Notes: generated from the letters alone by a model not told the origin. DNA of 32,000 nt from Thalassolituus maritimus (GCF_040372045.1 NZ_BAABWH010000008.1); one strand, 5' to 3'; positions 19,266 through 29,102 are shown, counted from the stretch's first letter. A program made the numbers and translations.

Positions 19266-22200
19266 ATGAGCTTTTTTCGTAATATGATTTCTGGTGGCAA
19301 CGCCATCGACTCGACAAAACTCCGTGAGATGGAAGGTAAGCTGGCCGCGATTGAGAAAAGTCAGGCATCAATCGAATTTAATATGGACGGCACCATCATC
19401 ACTGCAAATCAGAATTTTCTGGATGCAATGGGTTACCGCCTGGATGAAATTCAGGGACAGCATCACCGTATGTTCGTGTCCCCGGCGTACGCCAACAGCG
19501 CAGAGTACGCGGCATTCTGGAATATGCTGAACCGAGGTGAGTTTCAGACCGCTGAATACGAACGATTTAATAAAGCCGGTGACAGTGTCTGGATTCAGGC
19601 CAGTTACAACCCAATCATGGATGACACGGGCAAGCCATATAAAGTGATTAAGTACGCTTCGGATATCACCGAGCAGAAGAAGAAAACCATCGACTTTACT
19701 GGAAAAGTGAATGCGATCAGCCGTGCTCAGGCCGTTATCGAATTTACACCAAATGGTGAGATCCTGACGGCGAACGATAACTTTCTTGCAACCGTCGGCT
19801 ATTCGCTTGTTGAAATACAGGGCAAGCATCATCGTATTTTTGTTGACCCTGAATACGCAAACAGCGCTGAATACAAAGATTTCTGGAAGAAGTTGGCGCA
19901 GGGTGAGTTCAGTTCAGGTGAATTTGAGCGATTCGGTAAAGATGGTCATAGCGTATGGATTCAGGCTACATACAACCCGATTCTCGACGACTCGGGCGAG
20001 GTTGTAAAAGTTGTTAAGTTTGCTTCTAACATTACAGACCAAAAGAAAAAGAGCATTGATTATAGTGGAAAACTGAACGCAATAAGCCGCGCTCAGGCCA
20101 TGATTGAATTTAGTCCTGAGGGTGAAATCCTGACTGCGAACGAGAATTTTCTCGCAACGGTCGGTTATCCACTTCATGAAATTCAGGGTAAGCATCACCG
20201 CATTTTTGTCAGTCCTGAATACGCCAACAGCCCTGAGTACACAGAGTTCTGGAAGAAACTGGGACAAGGTGAGTTCAGCGCAGGTGAATATGAGCGCTTT
20301 GGTAAAGACGGCAGCAGCGTTTGGATTCAGGCGACATACAACCCGATCCTCGATGAGGCTGGGAATGTGGTCAAGGTGGTTAAGTTTGCCACTAATATTA
20401 CCGAGCAAAAGCTGAAAGCAGCAGAAGATAAGAGAAATGCTCAAATGGCGAGTGCACTGAAGCTATGCCAGGCGACGGTGATGCTTGCGGACAATGATCT
20501 CAACATTGTGTACATGAATGATGAGATGGTGAAGTTGCTGGCGAATCGCGAAACAGAGATTCAGCAGCATTTATCTCATTTCAAAGTATCGGAACTGATT
20601 GGTACTAATGTTGATACCTTCCACAAAAATCCTTCGCATCAGCGTGGCATTCTCAGTGCGCTTGATAAGCCAATGGAAACGCGTCTGTCATTTGATGATG
20701 TAAAATTTGATCTGACTGCGTCCCCATGGGTTGATTCTGACGGCACTCGGATTGGTACTGTCGTTGAATGGGTGGATGTAACCGATGTGCTGAAAACGCG
20801 TGCCGAAGAAAAGCGCGTTGCGGATGAGAACCGTCGTGTCCGTCAGGCACTGGATTCGGTCAGCACCAACGCAATGATTGCGGACACCGACGGCAATATT
20901 ATTTACATGAACGAAGCCGTCGAAAACATGATGAAGGATTCGGAATCAGATCTCCGTAAAGACCTTCCGAACTTCAATGCTTCTGCATTGATGGGCGCGA
21001 ATATCGATACCTTCCATAAAGACCCATCGCATCAGCGAGCGATGTTAGCGGCACTGACTAAGACCTACAAAACCCAGATCGAGGTGGGTGGTCGTACTTA
21101 CTCTCTGATTGCAAACCCGATCATCAATGAGAATAACGAACGTCTCGGTACTGTTGTTGAGTGGAATGACCGCACGATTGAAGTCGGTGCAGAGAAAGAG
21201 ATTGATGCCATCGTTGAAGCTGCTGCAGCTGGCGACTTATCACGCCGTATCGACACCATCGGTAAGCAAGGCTTCTTCTTAGGGCTTGCTGAGGGGTTGA
21301 ATCGTCTTCTTGGTATTGCCGACGACGTTGTGAACGATACAGTACGCATTTTCGATGCTCTTGCACACGGTAATCTGACGCGCAAAATCGATGCGGACTA
21401 CATGGGATCGTTTGGTAAGTTGAAGCAGGATGCGAACTCCACCGTTGAGCGTCTGACAGAAATCATGACCCGCATTCGCGAGTCAGCATCCACCGTTGCA
21501 ACCGGAGCAAGCGAAATTGCTCAGGGTAATGCGGACCTGAGTAAACGTACGGAGTCTCAGGCATCCAGCCTGGAGGAAACCGCATCCAGCATGGAAGAGA
21601 TGACCAGTGCTGTGAAGCAGACCAGTGAAAACTCAGTACACGCCAATGAACTGGCAAGCTCAGCGAAAAATAAAGCTGAAGAAGGTGGCGAAGTTGTCGA
21701 GAAAGCAGTAACGGCAATGGACGAAATTAACCAGGCGAGTAAGAAGATTTCTGACATCATCGGTGTGATTGACGAAATTGCCTTCCAGACCAACCTTCTC
21801 GCTTTGAATGCCGCGGTTGAGGCAGCACGAGCAGGTGAACAGGGACGAGGGTTCGCCGTGGTTGCTGGCGAGGTGCGTAACCTTGCGCAACGTTCAGCAG
21901 GTGCAGCGAAAGAAATTAAAGATCTGATTCGCGACAGCGTGGATAAAGTTGAAGCGGGTACCGCTCTGGTGAATGCATCAGGTAAAACGCTGAACGAGAT
22001 TATCGGTGCGGTAGATCGCGTTTCTGCCATGATTCAGGAAATCAGTACGGCAGCTGCAGAGCAGTCTGCTGGTATCGATCAGGTGAACAGTGCCGTCGCA
22101 CAGATGGATGAGATGACGCAGCAGAACGCAGCGCTTGTGGAAGAGGCGACGGCTGCAGGTGAAGCCATGGCGGGTCAGGCGCAGGGTATGACTCAGCTGA

Positions 22201-22364
22201 TGGAATTCTTCACTGTCGATGCGTCATTCGCGACGGGCAGTATCGACGATATGCCGGTTGCCGCTGCTCCGGTTGCGGCAGCGCCCGCTGCGCCAGCAAT
22301 GCCTGCTGGGGATCAGGGTGGCTTGTCAGTCAGTAACTCGGGTGACGATTGGGAAGAGTTCTGA
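19266..22364 (+). CDS. Soluble multi-PAS methyl-accepting chemotaxis protein
   Basis: 1032 aa with no hydrophobic TM stretch. Five PAS domains, two HAMP-like segments, MCP signalling tip [50 protein letters not shown]-terminus ...NSGDDWEEF. Confidence 0.96.
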   Translation: MSFFRNMISGGNAIDSTKLREMEGKLAAIEKSQASIEFNMDGTIITANQNFLDAMGYRLDEIQGQHHRMFVSPAYANSAEYAAFWNMLNRGEFQTAEYERFNKAGDSVWIQASYNPIMDDTGKPYKVIKYASDITEQKKKTIDFTGKVNAISRAQAVIEFTPNGEILTANDNFLATVGYSLVEIQGKHHRIFVDPEYANSAEYKDFWKKLAQGEFSSGEFERFGKDGHSVWIQATYNPILDDSGEVVKVVKFASNITDQKKKSIDYSGKLNAISRAQAMIEFSPEGEILTANENFLATVGYPLHEIQGKHHRIFVSPEYANSPEYTEFWKKLGQGEFSAGEYERFGKDGSSVWIQATYNPILDEAGNVVKVVKFATNITEQKLKAAEDKRNAQMASALKLCQATVMLADNDLNIVYMNDEMVKLLANRETEIQQHLSHFKVSELIGTNVDTFHKNPSHQRGILSALDKPMETRLSFDDVKFDLTASPWVDSDGTRIGTVVEWVDVTDVLKTRAEEKRVADENRRVRQALDSVSTNAMIADTDGNIIYMNEAVENMMKDSESDLRKDLPNFNASALMGANIDTFHKDPSHQRAMLAALTKTYKTQIEVGGRTYSLIANPIINENNERLGTVVEWNDRTIEVGAEKEIDAIVEAAAAGDLSRRIDTIGKQGFFLGLAEGLNRLLGIADDVVNDTVRIFDALAHGNLTRKIDADYMGSFGKLKQDANSTVERLTEIMTRIRESASTVATGASEIAQGNADLSKRTESQASSLEETASSMEEMTSAVKQTSENSVHANELASSAKNKAEEGGEVVEKAVTAMDEINQASKKISDIIGVIDEIAFQTNLLALNAAVEAARAGEQGRGFAVVAGEVRNLAQRSAGAAKEIKDLIRDSVDKVEAGTALVNASGKTLNEIIGAVDRVSAMIQEISTAAAEQSAGIDQVNSAVAQMDEMTQQNAALVEEATAAGEAMAGQAQGMTQLMEFFTVDASFATGSIDDMPVAAAPVAAAPAAPAMPAGDQGGLSVSNSGDDWEEF
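19335..20432 (+). repeat. In-frame triple PAS repeat inside the chemoreceptor, period exactly 366 bp (122 codons)
   Basis: The GAA of the IEF motif is at 19374, 19740 and 20106. Units are approximately 19335-19700, 19701-20066 and 20067-20432, each containing G[KQ]HHR[MI]FV.P.YANS.EY..FW..L..GEF...E.ERF.K.G.SVWIQA[ST]YNPI.D..G.. Confidence 0.93.
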
Positions 22365-22370
22365 TCCGTT

Positions 22371-23222
22371 ATGAATGTGCATGTTGCGGGTAAGCCATTA
22401 CTCGGCGATGACAAAGAATTCTTAATGACAGAGCGCGATTTCGATGAAATCGCCGATCTGGCCCTTAAGCACACTGGCATCGTTCTGGGGCGGCATAAAG
22501 CCAATATGGTGTACGGGCGTATTGCCCGTCGCCTGCGGCAGTTAAAGTATTCAACTTTCGCAGATTACCTTGAGTACTTACGTGAACATTTTTCTGAAGA
22601 ATCGACCAATTTTATCAACCTGATTACGACCAATCTGACGTCCTTTTACCGTGAACCGCATCATTTTGATTTTCTGAATGAAACGGTTATTCCTGAGCTA
22701 AAAAGGAAGACGGACAAAAAGATTCGTATCTGGTCGTCAGGTTGTTCGATCGGCCAGGAGGCCTACACCATTGCTTTTACAATGGCGGAGGCACATCTCG
22801 CTGCTTCCTATGATCTGAAGATTCTGGCTACAGATCTCGACTCAAACGTTGTACAGACGGGCAGTGAAGGTATTTATCCCGCAGATAACCTGATGAGTGT
22901 TCCGGACGAAGTCGTCGAGAAGTACTTCGAACGAAGCCGCGATGGCAATCAGGTCAGAGTGAAAAAGAGCATGCGAGATCTGGTGCACTTTAAGCGACTT
23001 AATCTGCTTGAAAGCTGGCCTATGAAAGGAAAATTCGACGTGATATTTTGTCGTAACGTCGTTATTTACTTCAATCGTGATACTCAGAAAACGTTGTTTA
23101 ATCGCTACGCCGATTACTTACCAACAGGTGGCTATTTGATTATTGGTCACTCTGAATCACTCAATGGTCTGACAGACCGATTCAAATCGGTTGGTAACAC
23201 CGTCTATCAAAAAGTCTACTAA
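22371..23222 (+). CDS. cheR: Chemotaxis protein methyltransferase CheR
   Basis: TNLTSFYREPHHFDFL, IRIWSSGCSIGQEAYTIAF, LKILATDLDSNVVQTGSEGIY, DVIFCRNVVIYFNRDTQ, GGYLIIGHSESL. Confidence 0.96.
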   Translation: MNVHVAGKPLLGDDKEFLMTERDFDEIADLALKHTGIVLGRHKANMVYGRIARRLRQLKYSTFADYLEYLREHFSEESTNFINLITTNLTSFYREPHHFDFLNETVIPELKRKTDKKIRIWSSGCSIGQEAYTIAFTMAEAHLAASYDLKILATDLDSNVVQTGSEGIYPADNLMSVPDEVVEKYFERSRDGNQVRVKKSMRDLVHFKRLNLLESWPMKGKFDVIFCRNVVIYFNRDTQKTLFNRYADYLPTGGYLIIGHSESLNGLTDRFKSVGNTVYQKVY

Positions 23223-23234
23223 GGGGTTTGATTT

Positions 23235-23879
23235 ATGCATCAGCGCCCACCCGAGCCAAAACCACTAGCGGGATTTGAGCACGTCGCACGATATTGGGAT
23301 GGTGTCCATAACACCTGGGCCGCCAAAATACTTCCCGGTGAACTTTATGTATCTACTCAGGGCGAAATGATCGCTACGGTTCTTGGGTCATGTGTTTCTG
23401 CCTGCATTCGTGATAAGAAGCTGGGTGTGGGTGGCATGAATCACTTTATGTTGCCCGAGCAGAGCGAGCATTCCAGTGACGTCTGGGGTTCAAACCCGGT
23501 TACACAAAACTCACGCTATGGCACCTGGGCCATGGAATTTCTGATTAACGAAATCCTGAAGCGTGGTGGCCAAAGAAAAAACCTTGAGGTGAAGCTATTT
23601 GGTGGTGGCCAGATGATCGCATCAATGAGTGATATTGGTCAGCGCAACATTCTGTTTGTATACAACTATCTGCATAACGAAGGGCTGGAAATTGCGAAGG
23701 CCGATGTTGGCGATGTATATGCTCGTAAAGTGTTGTACTTCCCAGATACGGGCTCGGTCAAAATGCGTCGGATATCGAACGTTAAGAACGATACATTGAT
23801 GAAACGCGAAACTGAGTACAGCCGTAAAGTTAAGATGGAAGATATGGAACAGGGAGACAGTGGTATTGATCTCTTTTAA
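23235..23879 (+). CDS. cheD: Chemoreceptor glutamine deamidase CheD
   Basis: TVLGSCVSACIRDKKLGVGGMNHFMLP (catalytic Cys motif), RGGQRKNLEVKLFGGGQM, between cheR and cheB. Confidence 0.95.
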   Translation: MHQRPPEPKPLAGFEHVARYWDGVHNTWAAKILPGELYVSTQGEMIATVLGSCVSACIRDKKLGVGGMNHFMLPEQSEHSSDVWGSNPVTQNSRYGTWAMEFLINEILKRGGQRKNLEVKLFGGGQMIASMSDIGQRNILFVYNYLHNEGLEIAKADVGDVYARKVLYFPDTGSVKMRRISNVKNDTLMKRETEYSRKVKMEDMEQGDSGIDLF

Positions 23880-23890
23880 GGCAATATGCA

Positions 23891-24937
23891 ATGAGTAAAA
23901 TAAGAACTCTGATCATTGATGACTCTGCCTTGATTCGCAAGATGTTGCGAGAGGTATTTGATCGCACCGATGATATCGAAGTGGTAGGTGTTGCGAGCGA
24001 TCCCTTAATCGCACGAGATAAAATTAAGCAGCTGAATCCGGATGTGATTACTCTGGATGTCGAAATGCCGCGTATGGATGGCTTGCAGTTTTTAAGTAAT
24101 CTTATGCGGTTACGCCCGATGCCTGTGGTGATGGTATCGACGCTGACTGAGAAGGGTGCGCCTGAAACACTTGAAGCGTTAGAGATGGGTGCAGTCGATT
24201 ACATCTGTAAGCCTAAAGCGCAGTCTCCCGAGGATTTTACCGAGTTTGCACACGCCCTGTGTGACAAGGTTCGTGTTGCCTCTAAGGCCCGTGTGGCTGC
24301 CGTTGAAACCCAGCGTTCGCGTAAGTCTTCGCGGGTTGTTACGCGTGAGGCGAATGAAAACTACCGACGGATCATTGCCGTCGGTTCCTCGACAGGTGGT
24401 ACCGAGGCAATTGCGGAAATTCTGTCGACGCTACCGGTTAACTGCCCACCCATCGTGATCAGCCAGCACATCCCTGAAGTATTCAGTGCTTCACTGGCAA
24501 AACGCCTTGATGGCCGTTATCCAATGGAAGTGATGGAGGCCCGTGATGACCTGGAAGTGAAAACCGGCCGCGTCATCATTGCTCAGGGTGGCAGGCACCT
24601 GCGTTTTCGACGTAAGGGAGATCAGCTATTCACCATTATTGACGATGGTCCGAAACAGAATCTGCACAAGCCTTCTGTCGAGGCTATGTTTGACTCCTTG
24701 TTGCAGGTAGCAGGCGGTAAGCGATTAGTGGCCGTTATGCTGACAGGAATGGGGGCAGATGGTGCGATTGCTATGAAGCGCTTACATGATGCCGGTGCAC
24801 TTACCATGGCTCAGAATGAGGCTACCTCGGTGGTTTGGGGAATGCCTAAATCCGCTTATGAGTTGGGTGCGGTCGATGAGTTGGTGCCATTGCCTGCAAT
24901 TGCTGCAGAGATAATAAAAAAAGCGCGTTTACCATGA
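23891..24937 (+). CDS. cheB: Chemotaxis response regulator / protein-glutamate methylesterase CheB
   Basis: REC domain TLIIDDSALIRKMLREVF...VITLDVEMPRMDGL; methylesterase IIAVGSSTGGTEAI, PPIVISQHIPEVFS, VMLTGMGADGAIAMKRL. Confidence 0.97.
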   Translation: MSKIRTLIIDDSALIRKMLREVFDRTDDIEVVGVASDPLIARDKIKQLNPDVITLDVEMPRMDGLQFLSNLMRLRPMPVVMVSTLTEKGAPETLEALEMGAVDYICKPKAQSPEDFTEFAHALCDKVRVASKARVAAVETQRSRKSSRVVTREANENYRRIIAVGSSTGGTEAIAEILSTLPVNCPPIVISQHIPEVFSASLAKRLDGRYPMEVMEARDDLEVKTGRVIIAQGGRHLRFRRKGDQLFTIIDDGPKQNLHKPSVEAMFDSLLQVAGGKRLVAVMLTGMGADGAIAMKRLHDAGALTMAQNEATSVVWGMPKSAYELGAVDELVPLPAIAAEIIKKARLP

Positions 24938-24993
24938 CTAATCAGGCATTTGTGCTAAACCTATAATACGTAATTTTTTTAGGAGATAGTGGC

Positions 24994-25296
24994 ATGTCTG
25001 TACGTGCATCTTTGGCTGGCAATGGTCAGGAATTGGTGATTCAGGTCGATGGACGTTTTGATTTCAGCGCGCATCAGGAATTCCGTGATGCTTATGAGAA
25101 AGCAGCAGAAGTACGCAAATACGTTGTCGATTTAGGCGGGGCGACTTACCTCGACAGTTCAGCGTTGGGCATGTTGCTGCTGTTGCGCGACCATGCAGGC
25201 GGTGATCACTCTGAGATCTCTATCATGAATTGTAATGACGATGTACGTAAGATCCTCGCTATTTCCAATTTTGAGCAACTTTTCACTATTCAGTAA
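24994..25296 (+). CDS. hsbA: STAS-domain anti-sigma factor antagonist, HsbA-like
   Basis: IQVDGRFDFSAHQEFRDAYE...YVVDLGGATYLDSSALGMLLLLRDHAGG; immediately upstream of a REC-PP2C-kinase protein and an Hpt protein, as in the Pseudomonas HptB/HsbR/HsbA module. Family assignment solid; symbol by context. Confidence 0.8.
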   Translation: MSVRASLAGNGQELVIQVDGRFDFSAHQEFRDAYEKAAEVRKYVVDLGGATYLDSSALGMLLLLRDHAGGDHSEISIMNCNDDVRKILAISNFEQLFTIQ

Positions 25297-25305
25297 CAGG
25301 TAGTC

Positions 25306-27015
25306 ATGGCCGCTTATAAGGTCCTGATTGCAGACGATAACAGCGTTGACCGAAAGGTGTTGTCCCGCGTCGTTCGCAATCAAGGAAATGATGTTATTGA
25401 GGCTACGAATGGATTCGAAGCCGTTGATTTATTTAAAGAGCACCGGCCCGACATTGTCCTGATGGACGTCATGATGCCTGGCCTTAACGGAAAGGAAGCG
25501 ACCCGTCAGATCAAGAAGATCGCCGACGAAGACTTTATTCCTGTTATTTTCCTCACCTCTCTGTCCGACGCTCAGAGTCTCGCTGATTGCCTGGACTCCG
25601 GCGGCGATGATTTTCTGACCAAGCCGTACAACCATATCGTGTTACAGGCGAAGATTGATTCCTATCATCGCATGTCTGAAATGCATCGGACCTTGCTCCA
25701 TCAGCGTGATGAAATCGCGCGGGTTAACAAGCATATGCTGCAAGAGCAGCGGGTGGCGAAAGCGGTATACGACAACGTTGCACATGCGGGTTGTCTTGAT
25801 GCCTCGAACATTCGTTACGAACTGTCGCCTCTGGCCGTTTTTAATGGGGATGTATTATTGGCGGCGCGAAAGCCCGGCGGTGGCATGCACGTCTTGCTTG
25901 GTGATTTTACTGGACATGGCTTACCTGCCGCCATTGGTGCGATGCCAATGGCCGACATCTTTTACGGTATGACGGCAAAAGGCTTCGGCTTGCGTGAGGT
26001 TCTGCGCGAAGTGAATCAGAAGCTCAAGAGTGTCTTACCCGTTGGTTTTTTCTGCTGTGCTGCGGCAGTGGACATGGCGCCGGACAGACAAGCAGCCAGT
26101 GTTTGGATGGGTGGCGTACCGGATTGTTATCTGCTGCGCAAAGACGGCCAGATGATTGAGACATTGTCCTCCCGGCATCTGCCTTTGGGTGTGATGTCCG
26201 CTGATAAATTTAATGATCAGATGACCGAGTTCTCGATGGCAATGGGGGATCGCTTGTTCTTGTGGTCGGACGGGATTATCGAGGCGCGCAACGATTACGG
26301 TGATATGTTTGGTCAGGAGCGCCTGCTCAACGTTGTCCGGGATTCGGCCCACGCGAATCATGTCTTTGATGATATTCAACGAGCGGTCGATGAGTTCGTT
26401 GATGGGACAGAACAGGACGATGATACGACGCTGATTGAAGTCATCATGACTGACATGCTGGAACGTGAAGAATCCGGTGCGGTAACCAAAACAGGTAACA
26501 CCGTCGGTCCGCGGGATTGGAGCATGGACTATTGTCTGGAAGCCTCTACTCTGCAGAACTTTAACCCCGTTCCTCTGATGAACCATATCATGATGGAAGT
26601 TCCGGGCCTCCGAGCAATTGGTGGGCAGTTGTACACGGTTGTCGCAGAGTTGTTCTCTAATGCCTTCGAACACGGCGTATTGGGATTGAGTTCATCGCTT
26701 AAACAGTCACCCGACGGATTTATGGCGTACTATCAACAACGTGAAGCACGGGTTGCTGCACTGAGCGAAGGATTTGTACGCTTCCGTATGGATCACACAG
26801 GGGACGGCGATTCAGGCGTGCTTACTCTGACAGTGAGCGACAGCGGTGAGGGATTTGATTACGCTGGTGCTTATACGTCCGATGCAAACCAGAATGACTA
26901 TTCCGGTCGGGGGATTCCTCTGCTTCGCACCATCTGCGACACTATTGAGTATCGTGGAAAGGGCAACGAAGTTGTGGTGACAATTCCCTGGCCAATGGAG
27001 CAGGCGGATGCTTGA
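25306..27015 (+). CDS. hsbR: Response regulator with PP2C-type (SpoIIE-like) phosphatase and RsbW-like serine kinase domain, HsbR-like
   Basis: REC: KVLIADDNSVDRKVLSRVVRNQGN...DIVLMDVMMPGLNG. PP2C: VLLGDFTGHGLPAAIGAMPMADIF and LFLWSDGIIEARN. HATPase: VAELFSNAFEHGVLGL...LTVSDSGEGFDY...GRGIPLLRTICD. Confidence 0.85.
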   Translation: MAAYKVLIADDNSVDRKVLSRVVRNQGNDVIEATNGFEAVDLFKEHRPDIVLMDVMMPGLNGKEATRQIKKIADEDFIPVIFLTSLSDAQSLADCLDSGGDDFLTKPYNHIVLQAKIDSYHRMSEMHRTLLHQRDEIARVNKHMLQEQRVAKAVYDNVAHAGCLDASNIRYELSPLAVFNGDVLLAARKPGGGMHVLLGDFTGHGLPAAIGAMPMADIFYGMTAKGFGLREVLREVNQKLKSVLPVGFFCCAAAVDMAPDRQAASVWMGGVPDCYLLRKDGQMIETLSSRHLPLGVMSADKFNDQMTEFSMAMGDRLFLWSDGIIEARNDYGDMFGQERLLNVVRDSAHANHVFDDIQRAVDEFVDGTEQDDDTTLIEVIMTDMLEREESGAVTKTGNTVGPRDWSMDYCLEASTLQNFNPVPLMNHIMMEVPGLRAIGGQLYTVVAELFSNAFEHGVLGLSSSLKQSPDGFMAYYQQREARVAALSEGFVRFRMDHTGDGDSGVLTLTVSDSGEGFDYAGAYTSDANQNDYSGRGIPLLRTICDTIEYRGKGNEVVVTIPWPMEQADA

Positions 27016-27343
27016 TATCGATGCGTTAGCGACACTGCGGGAGATTATGGAGGATGAATTTTCTCCCCTGATTGAGTTGTATATTCGCGACAGTGATCAG
27101 CGTTTTCCTGCGATGCGGGAAGCGCTTCGCGAAAATGATGCAGAAGGTGTCAGACTACTGGTGCACAGCCTTAAGGGTGCAAGCAGTAATGTTTGCGCTG
27201 CCGATCTCGCAGAGCATGCTCATTGCGTGGAACAAATGGCCATCGACGGAAAAGTCGACCAATTGGCGACTGCGGTCGATGCACTCGAATCAGATTACCT
27301 GCAGGTTCGCCAGTCTCTTCATTCGTATATCACTTCCGCATAA
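27008..27343 (+). CDS. hptB: Histidine phosphotransfer (Hpt) protein, HptB-like
   Basis: 111 aa with LLVHSLKGASSNVCAADLAEHAHCVEQMA (Hpt His motif). The GTG/ATG region overlaps the stop of the upstream gene. Confidence 0.82.
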   Translation: MLDIDALATLREIMEDEFSPLIELYIRDSDQRFPAMREALRENDAEGVRLLVHSLKGASSNVCAADLAEHAHCVEQMAIDGKVDQLATAVDALESDYLQVRQSLHSYITSA

Positions 27344-27420
27344 GCGCCCATTTCTCTATTGGCAGCCTACTGACTCTTAATCGAGTTTCAACCAACTACT
27401 CACCCTATTCCAGAGCATTC

Positions 27421-27436
27421 TGGCCCGCCTTTTGCG
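27421..27436 (+). promoter_or_regulatory. Sigma-54 promoter upstream of fliK
   Basis: TGGCCCGCCTTTTGCG: GG-N10-GC, one mismatch in the -24 box, 35 nt before the fliK ATG. Confidence 0.7.
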
Positions 27437-27470
27437 ATACACCCGGTAACCCAGATAACAGGAGACCGGG

Positions 27471-28865
27471 ATGAACCCTTCTCTACCAAACAGTCCACTC
27501 GCGTCATTGATGATGTCGCTCGGTGGTAGCATTGACTTTAACTCCCTGGAAGTCAGTCAGGACGGGGCTTCTGGCCTGACTGACTTTTCTGATTTGCTTA
27601 GTGGTATGCAGTTAGCTGCGGTTCCTTTGGATGGCAAACAGTCTGCATTAGCGGCAATGACAGAAGGCGAGGATTTGCCGCTGACGTTGCCACTCGTATC
27701 AACATCGGACAGCGCTTTAGCTGGGCTGACTGATGAGGCGGCTTCTGCCATTGATGTTGCTGTGCCGAACGATAAAGAGAACGCCGCGACGGACAGTGGG
27801 ATGGCAGATAACCTGATGGTTCAGATCAAGACTGGTAGTGATATTTCAGTCAGATATGTGGATCAGAACGAAACACAGAGCCAGCGTTCAGCGTCAGACG
27901 CAGACCTGTTAGACGATGAGAGTGCACTTGTATTGCCAGAAGGTGAGCAACAAGCGGTAACAGGAGCGGTGGTTGCAGCGGGGCAGTCCGGAAACACCGG
28001 TCCAGTCACTTCGGCGTCTGTGTCAGCGGCCACTGTTTCAGGTCGAGCTTCTAATGCACAGCCCGTTGCGAGCTCATTGAAACAGACACAGTCGCGGCAG
28101 GTGAACTCCGAAAGGGATCTGAGTAGCACTGCAGCTGCAAGCATGGATGATTCATTGGCCGAAGCGGAGGAAGGCAGCGAGACCTTCAGACCCGTCACTG
28201 CAACCGATGCGGATTCAGACCGATCGGGATTGATGGAAATGGGGCGCGAGACGGCTAAAGGCCTCAGTTCTATGGTTCAACCTCAAGCAAGTGCAGCTGC
28301 GACCACAACCACAACGCCCACGGCTGCTCTGTCAGACGCGGGAGCGGATGGTCTGATGCCAGAGGAGGCCTCAGAAGAGTTCTCTTTCGAGGAAAACTTC
28401 GAGCAAACGTTGCAGCGACAGTCACGCGAACGCCTGGAGTTTGGTCAGGATAAGCGCGAGTGGACCCCAGCTCTGGGGGCCCGCTTAATGACGATGGTTG
28501 CCAATGATGTTCAGCAGGCAAGGATTCAGCTAGATCCACCTGAGCTTGGTAGTCTGGAAATCAAAATGCAGATTCAGCAGGACCAGGCCACCGTGCAGGT
28601 AAGCGCGCAAAGCCATCAGGTGAAAGATGTGCTGGATTCCGGCGCACAGCGTTTACGAGACGCTTTGGCAGCAGAGGGCATTGAATTAAGCGAGTTCTCG
28701 GTATCGGCAGATTCCGGGCAGGGTAAGTCTGATTCCGGTTCAGAATCGGGAGACGGGTCAGGTCAGGGACTCGCCAGCGGCGAATCGGCTGAGTCCGACG
28801 AACTGGTGGGCGTTAACAAAGCGCATACGCCAGCGCCTGATGCCTTACTGGATACCTTTGCCTGA
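27471..28865 (+). CDS. fliK: Flagellar hook-length control protein FliK
   Basis: Low-complexity N-terminal part and conserved C-terminal domain (RLMTMVANDVQQARIQLDPPELGSLEIKMQIQQDQATVQVSAQSHQVKDVLDSGAQRLRDALAAEGIELSEFSVSA); directly upstream of fliLMN. Confidence 0.93.
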   Translation: MNPSLPNSPLASLMMSLGGSIDFNSLEVSQDGASGLTDFSDLLSGMQLAAVPLDGKQSALAAMTEGEDLPLTLPLVSTSDSALAGLTDEAASAIDVAVPNDKENAATDSGMADNLMVQIKTGSDISVRYVDQNETQSQRSASDADLLDDESALVLPEGEQQAVTGAVVAAGQSGNTGPVTSASVSAATVSGRASNAQPVASSLKQTQSRQVNSERDLSSTAAASMDDSLAEAEEGSETFRPVTATDADSDRSGLMEMGRETAKGLSSMVQPQASAAATTTTTPTAALSDAGADGLMPEEASEEFSFEENFEQTLQRQSRERLEFGQDKREWTPALGARLMTMVANDVQQARIQLDPPELGSLEIKMQIQQDQATVQVSAQSHQVKDVLDSGAQRLRDALAAEGIELSEFSVSADSGQGKSDSGSESGDGSGQGLASGESAESDELVGVNKAHTPAPDALLDTFA

Positions 28866-28888
28866 GAGGTGTGAGTATGGCTGCCTAC

Positions 28889-28913
28889 AACCCTGCCAAG
28901 TACTGGCAGGGTT
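28889..28913 (+). terminator. Terminator-like hairpin after fliK (weak T tract)
   Basis: AACCCTGCCA-AGTAC-TGGCAGGGTT, 10-bp perfect stem, followed by CGCTTTCT. Confidence 0.45.
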
Positions 28914-29102
28914 CGCTTTCTAGTGTGCGTGGCGTTTCTCTTCTAGGCTTCTTGCTTTTGCGCTTCTGGGTTCCCACATCATAAAACTTACCACCAACTA
29001 ATCACTGCGCCTTCCCATTTTCCGTCGGTCAAGATGACGGAATCCCTTCTACACTGAAATCAACTGCATGTTATTGGGTGTCATTATTTTGGCGAAATAA
29101 CG

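Noticed and set aside
26035-26673. 212 aa minus-strand ORF
   Set aside because: Antisense to the PP2C/HATPase protein; shadow ORF with no motif.
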